Shown: positions 40,801 through 55,480 of the stretch, piece by piece
Layout: the number at the start of each line of letters is the position of its first letter
How positions within the stretch are numbered: the first letter of the stretch is position 1
Assembly (NCBI RefSeq): GCF_006345805.1
Contig: NC_043006.1
Location: forward strand, 100,378,001 to 100,442,000
Origin: Octopus sinensis
Lineage: Eukaryota
Direction: 5' to 3'
Length of the DNA stretch: 64,000 bases
Notes under the pieces: generated by a model
Told to the model about the DNA's origin: nothing
What the model saw: the letters and a program-made list of their open reading frames with translations, nothing else
Databases searched by the model: none
Translations under genes and position numbers: made by a program

Positions 40801-42014
40801 TTTATTGGGTCCCTTACATGCTAGCTTGGGCCACATATGGCCCAATACATGGCCATATATGTCTGTATTTATGTATGTACGTTCGTACATATGTATGTAT
40901 ATATGTGTTACCGATGTTTGCATTTTAGTGGAAGGTAGTAGCCATTCAGACACATAAACACACTACAATATATCCTACAATAATACATCCTTTATATAAT
41001 AATACAGATAATGGTTTGTTTGCACAAGAGAACAGAGTTTGATTGCCGTGAATAATATGAGTGAGAAGCACAAGAAACTGCTATGCGGTAAAAGAAACTT
41101 CATACTGGATGCGTTACCCCATAGGAAAGAAGAACATTCGCAGCTACGTAGGCTGCTTTGTATGCCCATTATATATTATTATGCTTGTGAGAAGAAGGGC
41201 GCATAGTGGCTGCCATGATTTTGCTGTTCCCGTAAAAATTACTCCTAGAATATACACTGTCCATTGTATAAAATCTGACTATTTCTGTCTCAGTATATTA
41301 TTGTAGAATGTGAAATGAGCAGCTAATTTGTGCCTGCAGAGCGAAAAGCAGTTATCAAAGTAACTTTTATAGAAGCCACAAAACGACAAAATGTAATAAA
41401 CAGTGACAAATAATTGTTTAAATCTGTGGCTCAAGAGTCCTCTCGAAGCTGCAGAGAATTTCTTCTTATTAATATATAATGTGTGTGTGTGAGTCTGTCT
41501 GCAATAACCCTTTAAAGAAAAGATAGTTTAAGATTATATAACCAAGATTGGTATGTTTCAAACACTCAGTAAACATTCTAATAAAATATGTCTTCAAGCT
41601 TTCGACATCGGCGATGCTTGATCATCGTAGTGCCTTTAATGAATTCACCCGGCAACGGCGACTGCCAAACAAAGTAAGGGTGCAACAAGAGTATAGACCT
41701 TACATTTACACAACGGTCAACTGAACGTCTCCCCATAATATTCTGATTGACTATTTGAGGTATGGAATTTTTGACCAGTAACACTCATCAGCTGAAGCAC
41801 TGGGGTTCGTTTAAAAACATAAGTGTAGTGAAGATGTGAGTGAACTATCTGGTATAAATGTCAGAGATGTGCAGGAAATATAGAGAGTGGGAAGACGAGA
41901 TATACGTTCAGAAGCTCAGCTTGGTTGGAGCAAATTTATATTAACATTGGAGGGATTTTGCATGTCTGTCTATACTTTAATATATATGTTTATACATACA
42001 AGCATACATACATA

Positions 42015-42180
42015 GGCGCAGGAGTGACTGTGTGGTAAGTAGCTTGCTAACCAGCCACATGGTTCCGGGTTCAGTCCCAACTGCGTGGCATCTTGGGCAA
42101 GTGGCTTCTGCTATAGCCCCGGGGCGACCAATGCCTTGTGAGTAGATTTGGTAGACGAAAACTGAAAGAAGCCTGTCGTA

Positions 42181-42227
<47 letters not shown>

Positions 42228-42462
42228 GTATGTATATGTGTGTGTGTGTATGTCTGTGTTTGTCCCCCTAGCATTGTTTGACAACCGATGCTGGTGTGTT
42301 TACGTCCCCGTCACTTAGCGCTTCGGCAAAAGAGACCGAAAGAATAAGTGCTGGGCTTGCAAAGAATACGTCCCGGGGTCGATTTGCTCGACTAAAGACG
42401 GTGCTCCAGCATGGCCGCAGTCAAATGACTGAAACAAGTAAAAGAATAAAAGAATAAAAGAA
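42015..42462 (+). mobile_element. Family A SINE with (AAAAGAAT)n tail
   Basis: Matches 15448-15863. Confidence 0.92.
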
Positions 42463-44930
42463 TACATATTTACGTATGTATGTATGTATGTAATTATTCA
42501 GGTTTACTTCAAGATCTCTTACCAATAAAGAAAACGTCTGATTCTAACTTAGATTCAATGCTCCTTCATTTTCGACATCAAGAACAGGGTATTTATGTAT
42601 ATAGGTATGTATGCATGCATGCATGTATGTTTGCATGTATGTATATGTGCAGATTTCTATGTTTTGTTTTATGTATGTATTCCCATGCCTATAATTGCAT
42701 ATCTACACATTCTCAAATATATTTAAGTGGTAAACTTCTGGAATGTTTTACAGACTTTTACAGTTCCAGTGATGGATTGGATATGTAGTCTTCGACTCAG
42801 CTTTCCCGTTTCTGGTTTTCAGAAGCCCAATTACGCAATATTGGTTTTTAGGCAGTATGTTATATATCCTAAGTATGTATGTATGTATGTATGTATGTAT
42901 GTATGTATGTATGTATGTATGTATGTATGTATGTATGTATGTATGTATGTCTGTATGTGCGTATGTATGTGCGTATGTATGTATGTATATATGTATACGC
43001 ATGAAAGTTTATTTTAAGATGTCTTTCTTTTAAATTTGTTGCAAAGTTCGCCACAAAACCGTCTGCCTGTTTACCTTCCTGCTCCGCTATGTGCCATCAT
43101 ACTTCATAAATCATACGAAACGGGATATCATTAATTTTCTGTTGAATGATAAGAAATATCACATCCACGAGACTTGACTTGAAATATAATGGTGTCATAT
43201 TTTGTCTCTGCTAAGAGTGTCAGTGCTGCATGCGATCTTTATAATCCTTCCTATTATAAGGACAAGGCCTGACATTTTGGAGAACGAGACCAGTCGGTTA
43301 GATCGCCCCAAGTACGCAACTATTACTTAATTTATCGACCTCGAAAGGATGAAAGGCAAATAATCTCATTCTAACTACAATTAGACTGACAATAGCGTCC
43401 GCAAAATAGTATGTCTACTTTGTTGTCAGATAATTAATACATTTCCAATAATTAAAAATATTCTATTAGCACATTTGCAATGCTGAATAATTTACAATTA
43501 TCATATAATTCAGTTTTCTCAAATTCCAGGTAGAAATTTATGTTAATTATTTCAGACAATTTTTTCTACGTATTCCAATGTCTAGACAGAATAATAATGC
43601 AGCTTCTGTCAGAATCATCCAAAAATATAACAAGGAAGTCGTGCCAAGTGTGTCAAGCGTAATATTTGTTTTTCCTTTAGTTCCTTCTCGAAAATCGTTA
43701 GTACTATCTGCTTAAATTCTTGTCATTTTTGTCATTTTAATTTTGTTGTCTTCCTCCATTACAAACATTATTTGTTCCACAAGGCTTGGAATAATATACT
43801 AAAAACTAGAATAATAATGACTCGTGAAAACATTTATGTTTTTCAAATATCGGAAAATAGACAGAACTTGGCAATTATATCTAAAGCGGTGCCATCTGTG
43901 AATATATAAGATAACGACAGAATTTGTATTGAAAATATAGCTAGAAAATTATTAATAAATTCGTTCATTACCGCGAAGATCTAATTCGCTGGTGAAGGCT
44001 ACATTTCATAAATGTGGTCCATTAGTACCTGGTACTTATGTTACCCACCTTGACGTCTGAAATCCAAATTATCTACAGGCAGAATCTTAGCTCAGGCTGA
44101 ATCCAGCTGAATATTATAATGTGATGGTAAACTATTTGCCCCACAGCCTGTATAACAGAGAGATAAAATAACTGGAGGACAATATTAGGAAGACAAATTC
44201 TGGTAAGATTTTCCATAGGGTTGTCGATGAAATTAAAACTGCCAGCAGTGAGATATGAAAGGCGCTTCGCTGACAAGTCTCAGCTCAGTGAGAACTAAAG
44301 TGATTTCTTTATCTACAGCAACGATGCATCTTTACAATGGTTAATTCAAGAATGTTGATTTATGAATCAGGAATTATAATTGTGATATGAAAATGATTTA
44401 TTTCGAGAGAAGAGATATATCGTTATGAGAGGTGAATTCAGTTTAGACGGGAATTGAAATCGACTAGCACTGTCAATGTAGTTCAAATTATACATGCTAT
44501 TATACAAAAACAGATTTACCTTAGTTCTATCATTTCTTTCTATCAAATATGTTCAACATCAATTGACACACATAGGCTAATCCAACAGTTCGTAGCATTG
44601 GCGTAACTCAATGAAAAATATGCCTTAAAAGAATGCAAGAGTAAAGCTCAGGAGTGTGGATGTAAAGTGTCTGCAAAGGGATTTTAAACTTACAGAATGT
44701 TTTTAATCGAGAGGACAGCAAATAGAGAAAGCTGCCCGTTAATATGTTATTAGAAAATTTAAATAGCGATATTGTATGTGTTCGTGATTAGTAAGATATT
44801 GCCAAGTAGAGCTGTTTGCTTCCGTCTGTTAGTGTTGACCTAAAGTCTATAGATATATATGTTCTACTACGAAATAGCAGTGAAACAAAACGCTGCTGAT
44901 GCAACCAAGCATCCCAAAATACGTTATATG

Positions 44931-44991
<61 letters not shown>

Positions 44992-45069
44992 TATATATAT
45001 CTACATATATATATATATATATGTATAATATATATATATATACATCATATATATATTATATATATATAT

Positions 45070-45205
45070 CTATATATATTAAGTACGCAGATAGATACAT
45101 ACATAAATACACACACACATATAAACACACACACACACACACACACCACATATATATATATTAAGTACGCAGATAGATACATACATAAATACACACACAC
45201 ATATA

Positions 45206-45240
<35 letters not shown>
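45070..45240. repeat. 82-bp-period local tandem duplication within microsatellites
   Basis: TTAAGTACGCAGATAGATACATACATAAATACACACACACATATAAACAC at 45079 and 45161. Confidence 0.85.
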
Positions 45241-45253
<13 letters not shown>

Positions 45254-46062
45254 TATATATATACAGAACGCATCTTGGTCACTCCGATTTACTAAAAATC
45301 GCAATAATGATTCGTCTAAAAGAAGTGCCGTTCTAAATAATTCTTGATCATTAATGAAATCCCAATAAAGCGGAGAAACTACAAGTCCAACTGATTTCAC
45401 TTACTGTCAATAAAGCTATTCTAAATTGTATATAAGTTCATCGTATATTGTATATTTTATCTATTGTATCAAATATTGTTTAAAAATCTATATAAGTATA
45501 TTCTCTGGCACTGTAAAGCGAACACAAATACATGTGATTGTGGGCATGCTGGTGTGTACCAAAAAGCGAATGAGTACAAACATACTACTTGTACAGATGA
45601 CCCTCTTCCAGTTGACACATTCTCGATGCTCTGCTTAATGTGTGTGTATGTGAGGGCGGAGTTGCGCTTTTCTGTGTGTGTATTTGTTTCTGTTTGCATA
45701 TTTGTGCGTGTATACGACTGCGTCCTTTCTTTAATTAACCTTCCTATCTCGTAGTTGAAGCTGAACATGTATTCAATGTATGCGTACGTTACTTCTAATC
45801 TCCGCACTTCTACATTCAAATTATACGGATGTCCTTGTCTACCGTACAATGTCTGTTTGCGCCGCTGTCTCTGTCGTTTATCTCCTCTCTTTTCACTACA
45901 CACGTGCACACAGTCACACACAAAAACACGCAACCACACACACATACACACAATCATGCACGTACGCCCGCACACACATATGTAAGTATATGTCTGTATG
46001 TATATGGTTATATCTATCAATTTATATATATATCTGTCAATTCACATATATATATATGTGTG

Positions 46063-46093
<31 letters not shown>

Positions 46094-46131
46094 TATAATA
46101 TATATATATATATAATATACACACACACACA

Positions 46132-46181
<50 letters not shown>

Positions 46182-46316
46182 TTAAGCATATACATGCATA
46201 CATAGATCCATAGAAATAGTATGTCATTGGTATATATTTATATGTGTGTGGTGGGTGTTTGGGTTTGAGTATATATGTATATATATGTGTGTGTGTGTAT
46301 GTATAACACATATATG

Positions 46317-46351
<35 letters not shown>

Positions 46352-47664
46352 GATAGATAGATATAGATATATATATATAGAATAAATATATATTTATGTA
46401 TATATATATATATATGATATATGTGTCTATGCATGTGTGAATGTCTGTATGGTATGTGTGTGTATGTATGTTTGTGTATGTATGCATACGCCTTGCCTTC
46501 TTTGCGTTTTCAATGAACCGACCAAGCAAAGAAATCAATTGATAAATAGATAAAATAGCAAACATAAAAGTAATACTGAAAGCAATGTGCATCTCTTCTG
46601 ACAGAGATTTCATCATCGCTACACTAAATACACAAATATGATTTCTTCCTTGACCGCTGATAGCTCAGTCATTAATAAGTCTCCAATACGAATTAAACCT
46701 TTATCAGACACCAGCACAGAACCCAATAAGTCATAATTACGCTTCAATAAACTTTCACTATTATCATAATGATGAAAATCAACGGCAAAACTCCCAATAA
46801 CTCACATAAATTGCTGCTTTACGTTCGTGCTTTTCGTATTTACTGAAAATCTTTTAGAAATTATAGTGTCATCTCTCTCTATAGCAAACCGTACTGCAGA
46901 AATTGATATGATTGCTGTCTGCCTAATACTTTCCGCGATGTATTTTCGTATAAATTGGCGTGGAACATATTATAAAGAATGAAGTAAAATTATGCATTTG
47001 TTTTAACGTTAAAATGTAAACGAGAGTCTAGACAATACCAGAAATGTATGGTGTTTGCCGGCGTATAAGACGAACTGTTAAAGAAGCGCCCCCTCCTATT
47101 TTATAAGTATATGGTAATCATCTTCAGGCAACAATGAATACAACCCTCAGTAGTTCGCGCTAGCTAGTCGAAACAGCAACCAAATCTCTCTTTTATCTTA
47201 CCGCTGATCAAAATAGGGAGAAACACATAGATAAAGATAGAAAGAAGTATGCATGAAAGGTTAACGAAGGTCATTGCTGGAAAATCTTTTCTTATAAATT
47301 TTATAGATCTTGGGTGACCTTACAGTTACTAAAAGAAATAAATGGCGGTCTTCTTTTTTTGTTTCGTTTTATATTTTTTTCAATAGGAAGGCATTTAAAA
47401 TCATATCGTCTTTGATTACTTGTTAGCAGACGAGTGAAATAATTACGCAGATACATGTGACTGCCATGCACAATCTAGCTAAATGAGTGCTGACACATGT
47501 TATTTTGTGTATTATTAAATGATTGGGTTGTCAAGATATATATATATATAATATATATATATTATGCATATATTATAAAAATATACTTAATATATATATA
47601 TATATAATAATATAAATAACATATATATGCATGTATACATACGTATATGTACATACATCTATAC

Positions 47665-47702
<38 letters not shown>

Positions 47703-47727
47703 CATATAATATATATATATATATATA

Positions 47728-47824
47728 AGTAATGCAATACAAAGTATCGCCTTCCAGTAAAAAGTAGTATTTTTCCCTCACGGGCTACTTTTTACTGGAA
47801 GGCGATACTTTGTATTGCATTACT
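47728..47824. repeat. Perfect 40-bp inverted repeat with a 17-nt loop
   Basis: 47728-47767 is the exact reverse complement of 47785-47824. Confidence 0.95.
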
Positions 47825-47928
47825 GATATTTTGAAACTTCTTCACCGTTTCTCGTGCTGTTAGCGTTCCGCATTTCAGTCGAGTGTGATAGTATTAATGT
47901 GGTAACATCGTAGATTTCGTCTTGGTAT

Positions 47929-48006
47929 ATGCTTGGCTGATGAAGGTAAAACAAAATATGGGTGAGAGACATATCTTGTAAAACCTGAAACCTGCAGGTC
48001 CCACAT
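47929..48006 (+). ncRNA. Type I hammerhead ribozyme, core intact, palindromic helix III (Penelope-type)
   Basis: Helix I TGG/CCA (extended by ATG/CAT); CTGATGA 47937-47943; long helix II AGGT/ACCT plus ACAAAATATG/CATATCTTGT; GAAA 47987-47990; helix III palindrome ACCTGCAGGT; predicted cleavage after GTC at 48000. Confidence 0.82.
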
Positions 48007-48265
48007 TATCCTTTTCCGGGTGTTTCATCTTTCAGATGTTCTCCCTGGAGGTAAGACGATTTTTTGCTCTAGTTTGTTGCACACACGCATTTTTGCTAAT
48101 ACATACGCGGTGAAGCTACACATTAGCGTCGTATTTTTACGTTCGCTATTTCCAGTAAATATCGGTACTTTGTTGTGCCATTTATTTACTAATTTGTATA
48201 TATATATATATATCTATATATATATATATAGATATATATATATATATAATATATATATATATATT

Positions 48266-48307
<42 letters not shown>

Positions 48308-48565
48308 CATACATATATATATATGCATATGGGCACAGGACGTTATAAACGTGTACAACAAAGAAGTACGAAGTACGAGCGCATGGAATATGACTTATTT
48401 AACAACAATGTACGCTTCGATAAAACAGTTGCTCCGGCAAAGCAAATTTTAAAACATTTGCGGGTTTTGCGGAAGATCAAAATAGAAACCACAAACAGGA
48501 CAGTGATGCCATGCATCCTATTCCAAGTAAGTTTTATCTATCTATTTATCTATCCATGTATATAT

Positions 48566-49604
<1,039 letters not shown>

Positions 49605-51709
49605 GCACGTACACATAGTGCAAACAATGTGTACTCTTGGAAATAAATCCAGGCCTATCAAAATATGCATATATATATAAATACGTGTAATTACACGCAT
49701 TACGACTTTGTTTCTTCTTCATTTTTCCTTGATATTTACTTTTACTTAATTGTGTGTAACTTATAAAACAGGCGAATGTACACATGGATGGAGACTTAAG
49801 GTATACAGATTCATCATCACGTGTCTCGTGACTGTGCACATGCTAATAAACATTTTCTGGAAACCTTTCTTAATTTTGGATCCGATATAGGTTTCGTCTT
49901 TCTCATAAAATCAGTTTTCTGATTGATATGTCTATGTGTCGTGTAAAGATAAGAAGTATGACAAAATTATTATTTCCTATTCCCCCCTTATTTTTACAAT
50001 TACCGTATAAATAACAACAATGTGCCTGAACTCAGGTACCCAGAGACAAGACGCTCTGAATATACACGAGAGTCTTGCCTGTGCATGTAACTCTCTAGTT
50101 TTTGTAAACGGTTGAGAACCCGCGGTATGCTCAAACAGCCGGAAATGTCTGCTACTTCGATAAAACGTTTAAAAGCTCAAGAATGTGTATTGCACCTGGA
50201 TTTAAACTTCGACTGAATGCTTTCTTCTCTTCAGTGTATCCAAAATTATTTCTCTTTCTCTCTATAATCCGCCCCCCCCTCTCTCTCTCTCTCTGTTTCT
50301 AAGTATCTATCTACCTATTTATTCATCATGTATGGTAATATATGTCCCACTTTTCCTATTACGTTACTTTTCTCTCTGCTTTAAAACCTCAACTGATGGA
50401 GCTAACCCTGATATCTGTAGATATAGAACATTACTTGCCTCCATGAATCCTTTTAAAATCCTCTATATGTAAAAAATGGATACAATTATCACTAAACTAG
50501 TTGTATGAATAACACACACTTGTGGATACTATACATATATTTAATACATAGATAAAAATAAAGAAAAAGGTCTACATATATACACACAGTATAGTTTTTT
50601 TCAAGGGATATTATATTGAAAATATCTCCCTCTCATTTACTCACCCTGCCCCACCTCTCTCCCTGTGTCATTCCTAGTAGGATGGTAGAGACATACCCAT
50701 GATTTCTACCAATATTTTGTCTTGCTGTTTTGCGTTGCTATGCAATGTAATGGGTCCTTCTTGTAAATGCATAGTGTACAAGTAAATTGTAAAGTTAGGG
50801 AGTCATGAAGCTCAGAAGCTCCATGTTTACACTGAAATTTATATAGTAAATCCCTTGTTTCAAGTACGTTCTCTGGCTTGCAGGTTTATGGTTTCGTGAT
50901 TATGAGAATGATTTTAATTCTGATGCACATTTTGCTTGTGGCTTGTAGTGATAAATAGTACTTTGTTATTTTAGTACGTTTAATGAGATTTATCCATTCT
51001 AAAATTATTATCAATTTGGTTCAAGTCGTGTGTTACATATATGGCTTTTCTTGCTTTACTCGATATCAAAATTATTGCCTTTAGAGAGGTGAACGTCCTC
51101 TTATATTTCTCAATAATCACGTGTTTCACCGTTTTCCAGTATCTGTGATTAACCTGTACGTGGTCAATTCTTATGATTTATTTATATAAAATAACTTTAA
51201 AATGTAATTTTTAAGGCTGATTTCCGAAGATATTTAATTACAGCTTTTTTAAATATATCTATCAAAACATTCTTTATTTCCATGCATTTAGAGATATATG
51301 TTAATGTTTTTGAGTTGTTCTTTAATCTTATATATATGACGGTATCAGCAGTCATCCTCATTCATGCAAAAATGGTTTTAAATGGCAAATTTGAGAATGG
51401 AATATTTTCCTAAAGCCTACTTGTTACCCGTTATAGCATGCATGCCACGTTAAATACATTATCAATGTATTTGATATATATGATACCATATATCATATTC
51501 AGAAACAACGACGCCTTTCAGTGCTAGCCATATAGGACACTGTGCACGTGAACCGGAGTCGCGACACGTGCCACAAACTGAAAAGAAACGTGGTTCTGCA
51601 AGTCAGCAGGACCCTTTTAAAGAAGTTTCTTGAAGACTGGATGATTTTATAGCGAAACTTATGTTACAATTAGGATTACTGCTTAAAATGGTGCATCACT
51701 CATTGATTA

Positions 51710-52025
51710 GCGCGTCGGGCTCAAAATCATGAGGTGGTTAGTTCGATTCCCAGATCGGGCTGTGTACTGTGTTCTCGGGCAAGAGACTTTATTTCGCAAT
51801 GCTCCAGTTCACTCAGCTGTAGAAAGGAGTTGCGACGTTAGTGGTGTCAAGCTGTATTGGTCTTTGCCTTTCCCTTGGATAACAACGGTGGCGCAGAGAA
51901 GGGAGTCTGATATACATGGGGCGACTGCTGGTCTTCATAATTAAACCTGCCCGGAAGTGTTACACGGGAGGTAAATTTCTAAGGTGTAATCCCATGGTCA
52001 TTGATGACCGAAGGGGGTCTTTTAC
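51710..52025 (+). mobile_element. Family C SINE variant
   Basis: GGTTAGTTCGATTCC box, TTTATTTCGCAATGCTCCAGTTCACTCAGCTG core; near-identical layout to 59165-59505. Confidence 0.8.
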
Positions 52026-52734
52026 TGCTTACATTAGCGTGAAGTAAAAAAAAATTTAAAGATGCATAACAAATCAAAATGCATAAGTTGTAACTGTAGA
52101 AGTTGGAAATTAAGAAGAAAACAGCGGCCTTCAATTAGGTACGAGAAAATCCATTGTGGAAATGCACCCAACTTTCAAATTTTCTAGTAGACTTTCTAGG
52201 GGTTCTAAGTAACTTATTCAAAATACCTCCTGTTTAGCTTGCGCCATGTTGTTACCTATCTTTTTGAGCGGTCCTGTGTCTTTTTGATTCAGTAGATTTT
52301 AGTCGAGAGTAACTTATTCTTTATTTTCGTTTTTACAATTCAATGAATTTATGGCTAAGGCTACGTATTGGAAAAAAATAAATCATATGTGTACGCCTGC
52401 AGGGATAATTTATTTGTCTAGTTTTATTTTTGTTGTACAGTGGTGTCAATGAATCTGATATCATATTAGATATATATGTGTGCGGGTATGCGTGTGTATC
52501 TATGTGAGTGTGGGTGTATGTATATGTATATGTATATTTATGTATTGTATATAGATATATCATATATATATATATATATGTATGTATGTATATGTATTAT
52601 GATATATATTATATATATATAATATATATGTATGTATGTATGTATATTATTATATATATATATATATATTATATATATATATATTATATATATACATACA
52701 TATTCTATTCATTATTTCTTTTATTCTTTTGCTT

Positions 52735-53415
52735 GTTCACTTGTTTCAGGCATTTCACTGCGGCCATGCTGGAGTACTACCTTGTAGAACTTTTAGTCGA
52801 ATGCATTGACCCGACCACCCCAGTTCTCATTTTACATTTAGATGCTTGGTACTTATTATTCTATCAGCCACCATTGTTGAAATGCTAAGTTATGGACACA
52901 GACACACGCGTGTGTGCGCCCCCATATATATATAGAGAGAGAGACAGATAGATACATACATACATATATACATACATACATATGTGTATATACATACATA
53001 CATATATATATGTATGGAGTGGCTGTGTGGTAAGTAGCTTGCTAACCAACCACATGGTTCCGGGTTCAGTCCCACTGCATGGCATCTTGGGCAAGTGTCT
53101 TCTGCTATAGCTCCGGGCCGACCAATGCCTTGTGAGTGGATTTTGTAGACGGAAACTGAAAGAATTCTGTCGTATATATGTATATATATATGTGTGTGTG
53201 TGTTTGTGTGTCTGTGTTTGTCTTCCTAGCATTGCTTGACAACCGATGCTGGTGTGTTTACGTCCCCGTCACTTAGCGGTTTGGCAAAAGAGACCGATAG
53301 AGTAAGTACTGGGCTTACAAGGAGTGGGTCCCGGGGTCGATTTGCTCGACTGAAGGCGGTGCTCCAGCATGGCCGCAGTCAAATGACTGAAACAAGTAAA
53401 AGAGATAAAAGAGAA
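52735..53415. mobile_element. Partial minus-strand family A SINE (about 52735-52880) followed by a full plus-strand copy (53016-53415)
   Basis: Both match the family A consensus seen in this window. Confidence 0.85.
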
Positions 53416-53440
53416 AGATATATATATATATTATAATATA

Positions 53441-53786
53441 GGTGTTGGGCAAAATAATGGAAGCACCATAAAATTTTAAACAAATTTATTTTAATATGGG
53501 GTACGACTGCCTTTGGTACTGATTACAACTTGAATTCTACGAGGTATGAACTCGTAAAACTTCTGAACTGTTTCCAAAGGATTTTTTTCCATTCTTCAGC
53601 TGAAGCAGTCTCGAGTTCTTGTAGTGCTGATGGTGGGGGATATCGACTCCTTACTTGTTTTTCTAAAATGCACCATAAATGTTCAATACTTTTGAGATCT
53701 GGGGACTGTGGTGGCCAGATAAGATGTTCAACTTCACTAGAATGCTCCTCATGCCATTCAGTAACAACTTTAGCACTGTGAACTGG
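53441..53786 (-). mobile_element. Tc1-like transposon 3' fragment (transposase C-terminus + TIR)
   Basis: Minus frame PVHSAKVVTEWHEEHSSEVEHLIWPPQSPDLKSIEHLWCILEKQVR (WPxxSPDLNPIEHLW, DD34E type); end next to TA at 53439-53440. Confidence 0.85.
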
Positions 53787-54062
53787 ATAGATGGACAGAT
53801 AGACAGATGGAGAGATAGACAGATAGATGGATGGGCAGACGAACAGACAGAAATAGGGAAACTAAGAAGGGTGTAGGTGAATGAAATAACGACATGGAAT
53901 ACAGGAATAACGGAATAAGGAGATGAAGATCTTTTACATCGGACAGTTGAACTGTGAACTCTTATGCTTCTTTTTTCTTTTCTCCTTCGATTCCTAATTT
54001 GTTTATACCTGTCCTCTATGTCGCCATTTCATTAGTCTATACCCATCTCATTTTCCCAATTT

Positions 54063-54118
54063 GTCTCCGATAACGGAATATCCCATACTCTGGGATATCC
54101 CAGAAACAGCCGTAAGAC
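54063..54118 (+). ncRNA. Degenerate type I hammerhead relic
   Basis: Helix I GTCT/AGAC; core CCGATAA (two changes from CTGATGA); helix II GGAATATCCCA/TGGGATATCC; GAAAC-AGCC-GTA. Confidence 0.5.
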
Positions 54119-54205
54119 TTGGGTTTTTTTTCAATAATGATAATATATATGAATTGAAATGTTTGCTTTCCCTTAACATTTGTTGCCACTGAATATATAT
54201 ATATA

Positions 54206-55397
54206 CGAGGGACGTTTAATAAGTAATGCCTCTGACCCACTTGCAGTCGTTTGATCTAGCTGCAATTTTGCATGTGCAATTATTTATATCTCTGTAGATT
54301 AAGTGGCAAATCACAGCTCTGAGCTAATTGTGGTTTCTGATTTACAGGTGTTTGAACTGAGTCAAGTGTGAAATGGAGCCTGTTGAGTGTCGAGCAGTGA
54401 TCCGGTTTTTGTATTTGAAAGGACGCACACCACGGGAGACTTTTGATGAAATGAAAGTAACTTATGGTGATGATGCCCCATCATATGACCTTGTAAAACG
54501 CTGGCATCGTGAATTCAAACATGGTCGGAACTCTGTGGAAACAGCTCCCAGATCTGGTCACCCCCATTCTGCCATTGATGATCGATGCATAACTATTCGC
54601 CAAATAGCCCATGAGGTCAAGATTAGTACCGGGTCTGTGGAAACTATCATTCATGACCATTTGCATATGCAAAAGGTGTCTGCCAGATGGATTCCCAGGT
54701 TGCTCACACCTTTCCACAAGCAAGAACGCGTCGAGTGCTGGAGATGTGCCAAGAAGATGAGTCAAACTTTTTCAAAAGACTGATTACACAGGATGAAACC
54801 TGGGTCCATCACTATGATTCAGAGACCAAAGCCCAGTCAATGCAGTGGAAGCACCGTGACTCACCTCCTCTAAAGAAGGCAAGGGTGCAGCCCTCCGCTG
54901 GCAAGGTCATGCTCACAGTCTTCTGGGACCAGGACGGAGTAGTGATGACAGATTTCCTGGCAAAGGGTACCACAATTACAGGAGCCTATTATGCTTCACT
55001 TTTGAGGAAATTAAGAGAAGCTATCAAAATCAAGAGGTGGGGCAAGATCAGCAAAGGCATCCTCCTCCTGCAGGACAACGCTCCGGTCCACAACTCGCGT
55101 GTCGCCAGATCAGAAGCACAGGCATGCTGCTATGAACTCCTCCCCCACCCCCTACGCTTCGGACCTTGCACCCTCTGATTTTCACCTCTTCCCAGCCATG
55201 AAGTTGTTTTTGAAAGGAAAGCATTTCACAGATGATGCAGCCTTGATTTCTAACGGTCTCCAGCGCTGCATAAAACGATGGGAGAAATGCGTAACTCTGG
55301 GTGGTTCCAATGTAGAAAAAGACTAATAACTGTGCTAAGTTTCGTTGCTCTACTGCTATGGGAAGTGGGTCAGGGGCATTACTTATTGACGCCCCTC

Positions 55398-55398
<1 letters not shown>
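54206..55398 (+). mobile_element. Mariner element, both TIRs present, 1193 bp, TA flanks
   Basis: Left TA|CGAGGGACGTTTAATAAGTAATGCCTCTGACCCACTT; right AAGTGGGTCAGGGGCATTACTTATTGACGCCCCTCG|TA. The TIR start resembles Hsmar2/irritans-type elements (inference). Confidence 0.93.
54373..55326 (+). pseudogene. Frameshifted mariner D,D34D transposase
   Basis: HTH region, WIPRLLT (WVPHEL-like), ITQDETWVHHY, LQDNAPVH and YASDLAPSDFHLF, split over three ORFs; apparent short deletion in the second HTH. Confidence 0.92.

Positions 55399-55480
<82 letters not shown>

Noticed and set aside
41740-41795. Minus-strand CTGATGAG motif
   Set aside because: No GAAA after the putative helix II; the topology does not close.
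42502-42588. Candidate 87-nt phase 1-1 exon (GLLQDLLPIKKTSDSNLDSMLLHFRHQEQ)
   Set aside because: Weak splice sites and no recognisable homology; needs RNA-seq.
51522-51633. Candidate terminal exon (ASHIGHCAREPESRHVPQTEKKRGSASQQDPFKEVS*)
   Set aside because: Short, no recognisable domain, no supporting neighbouring exons.
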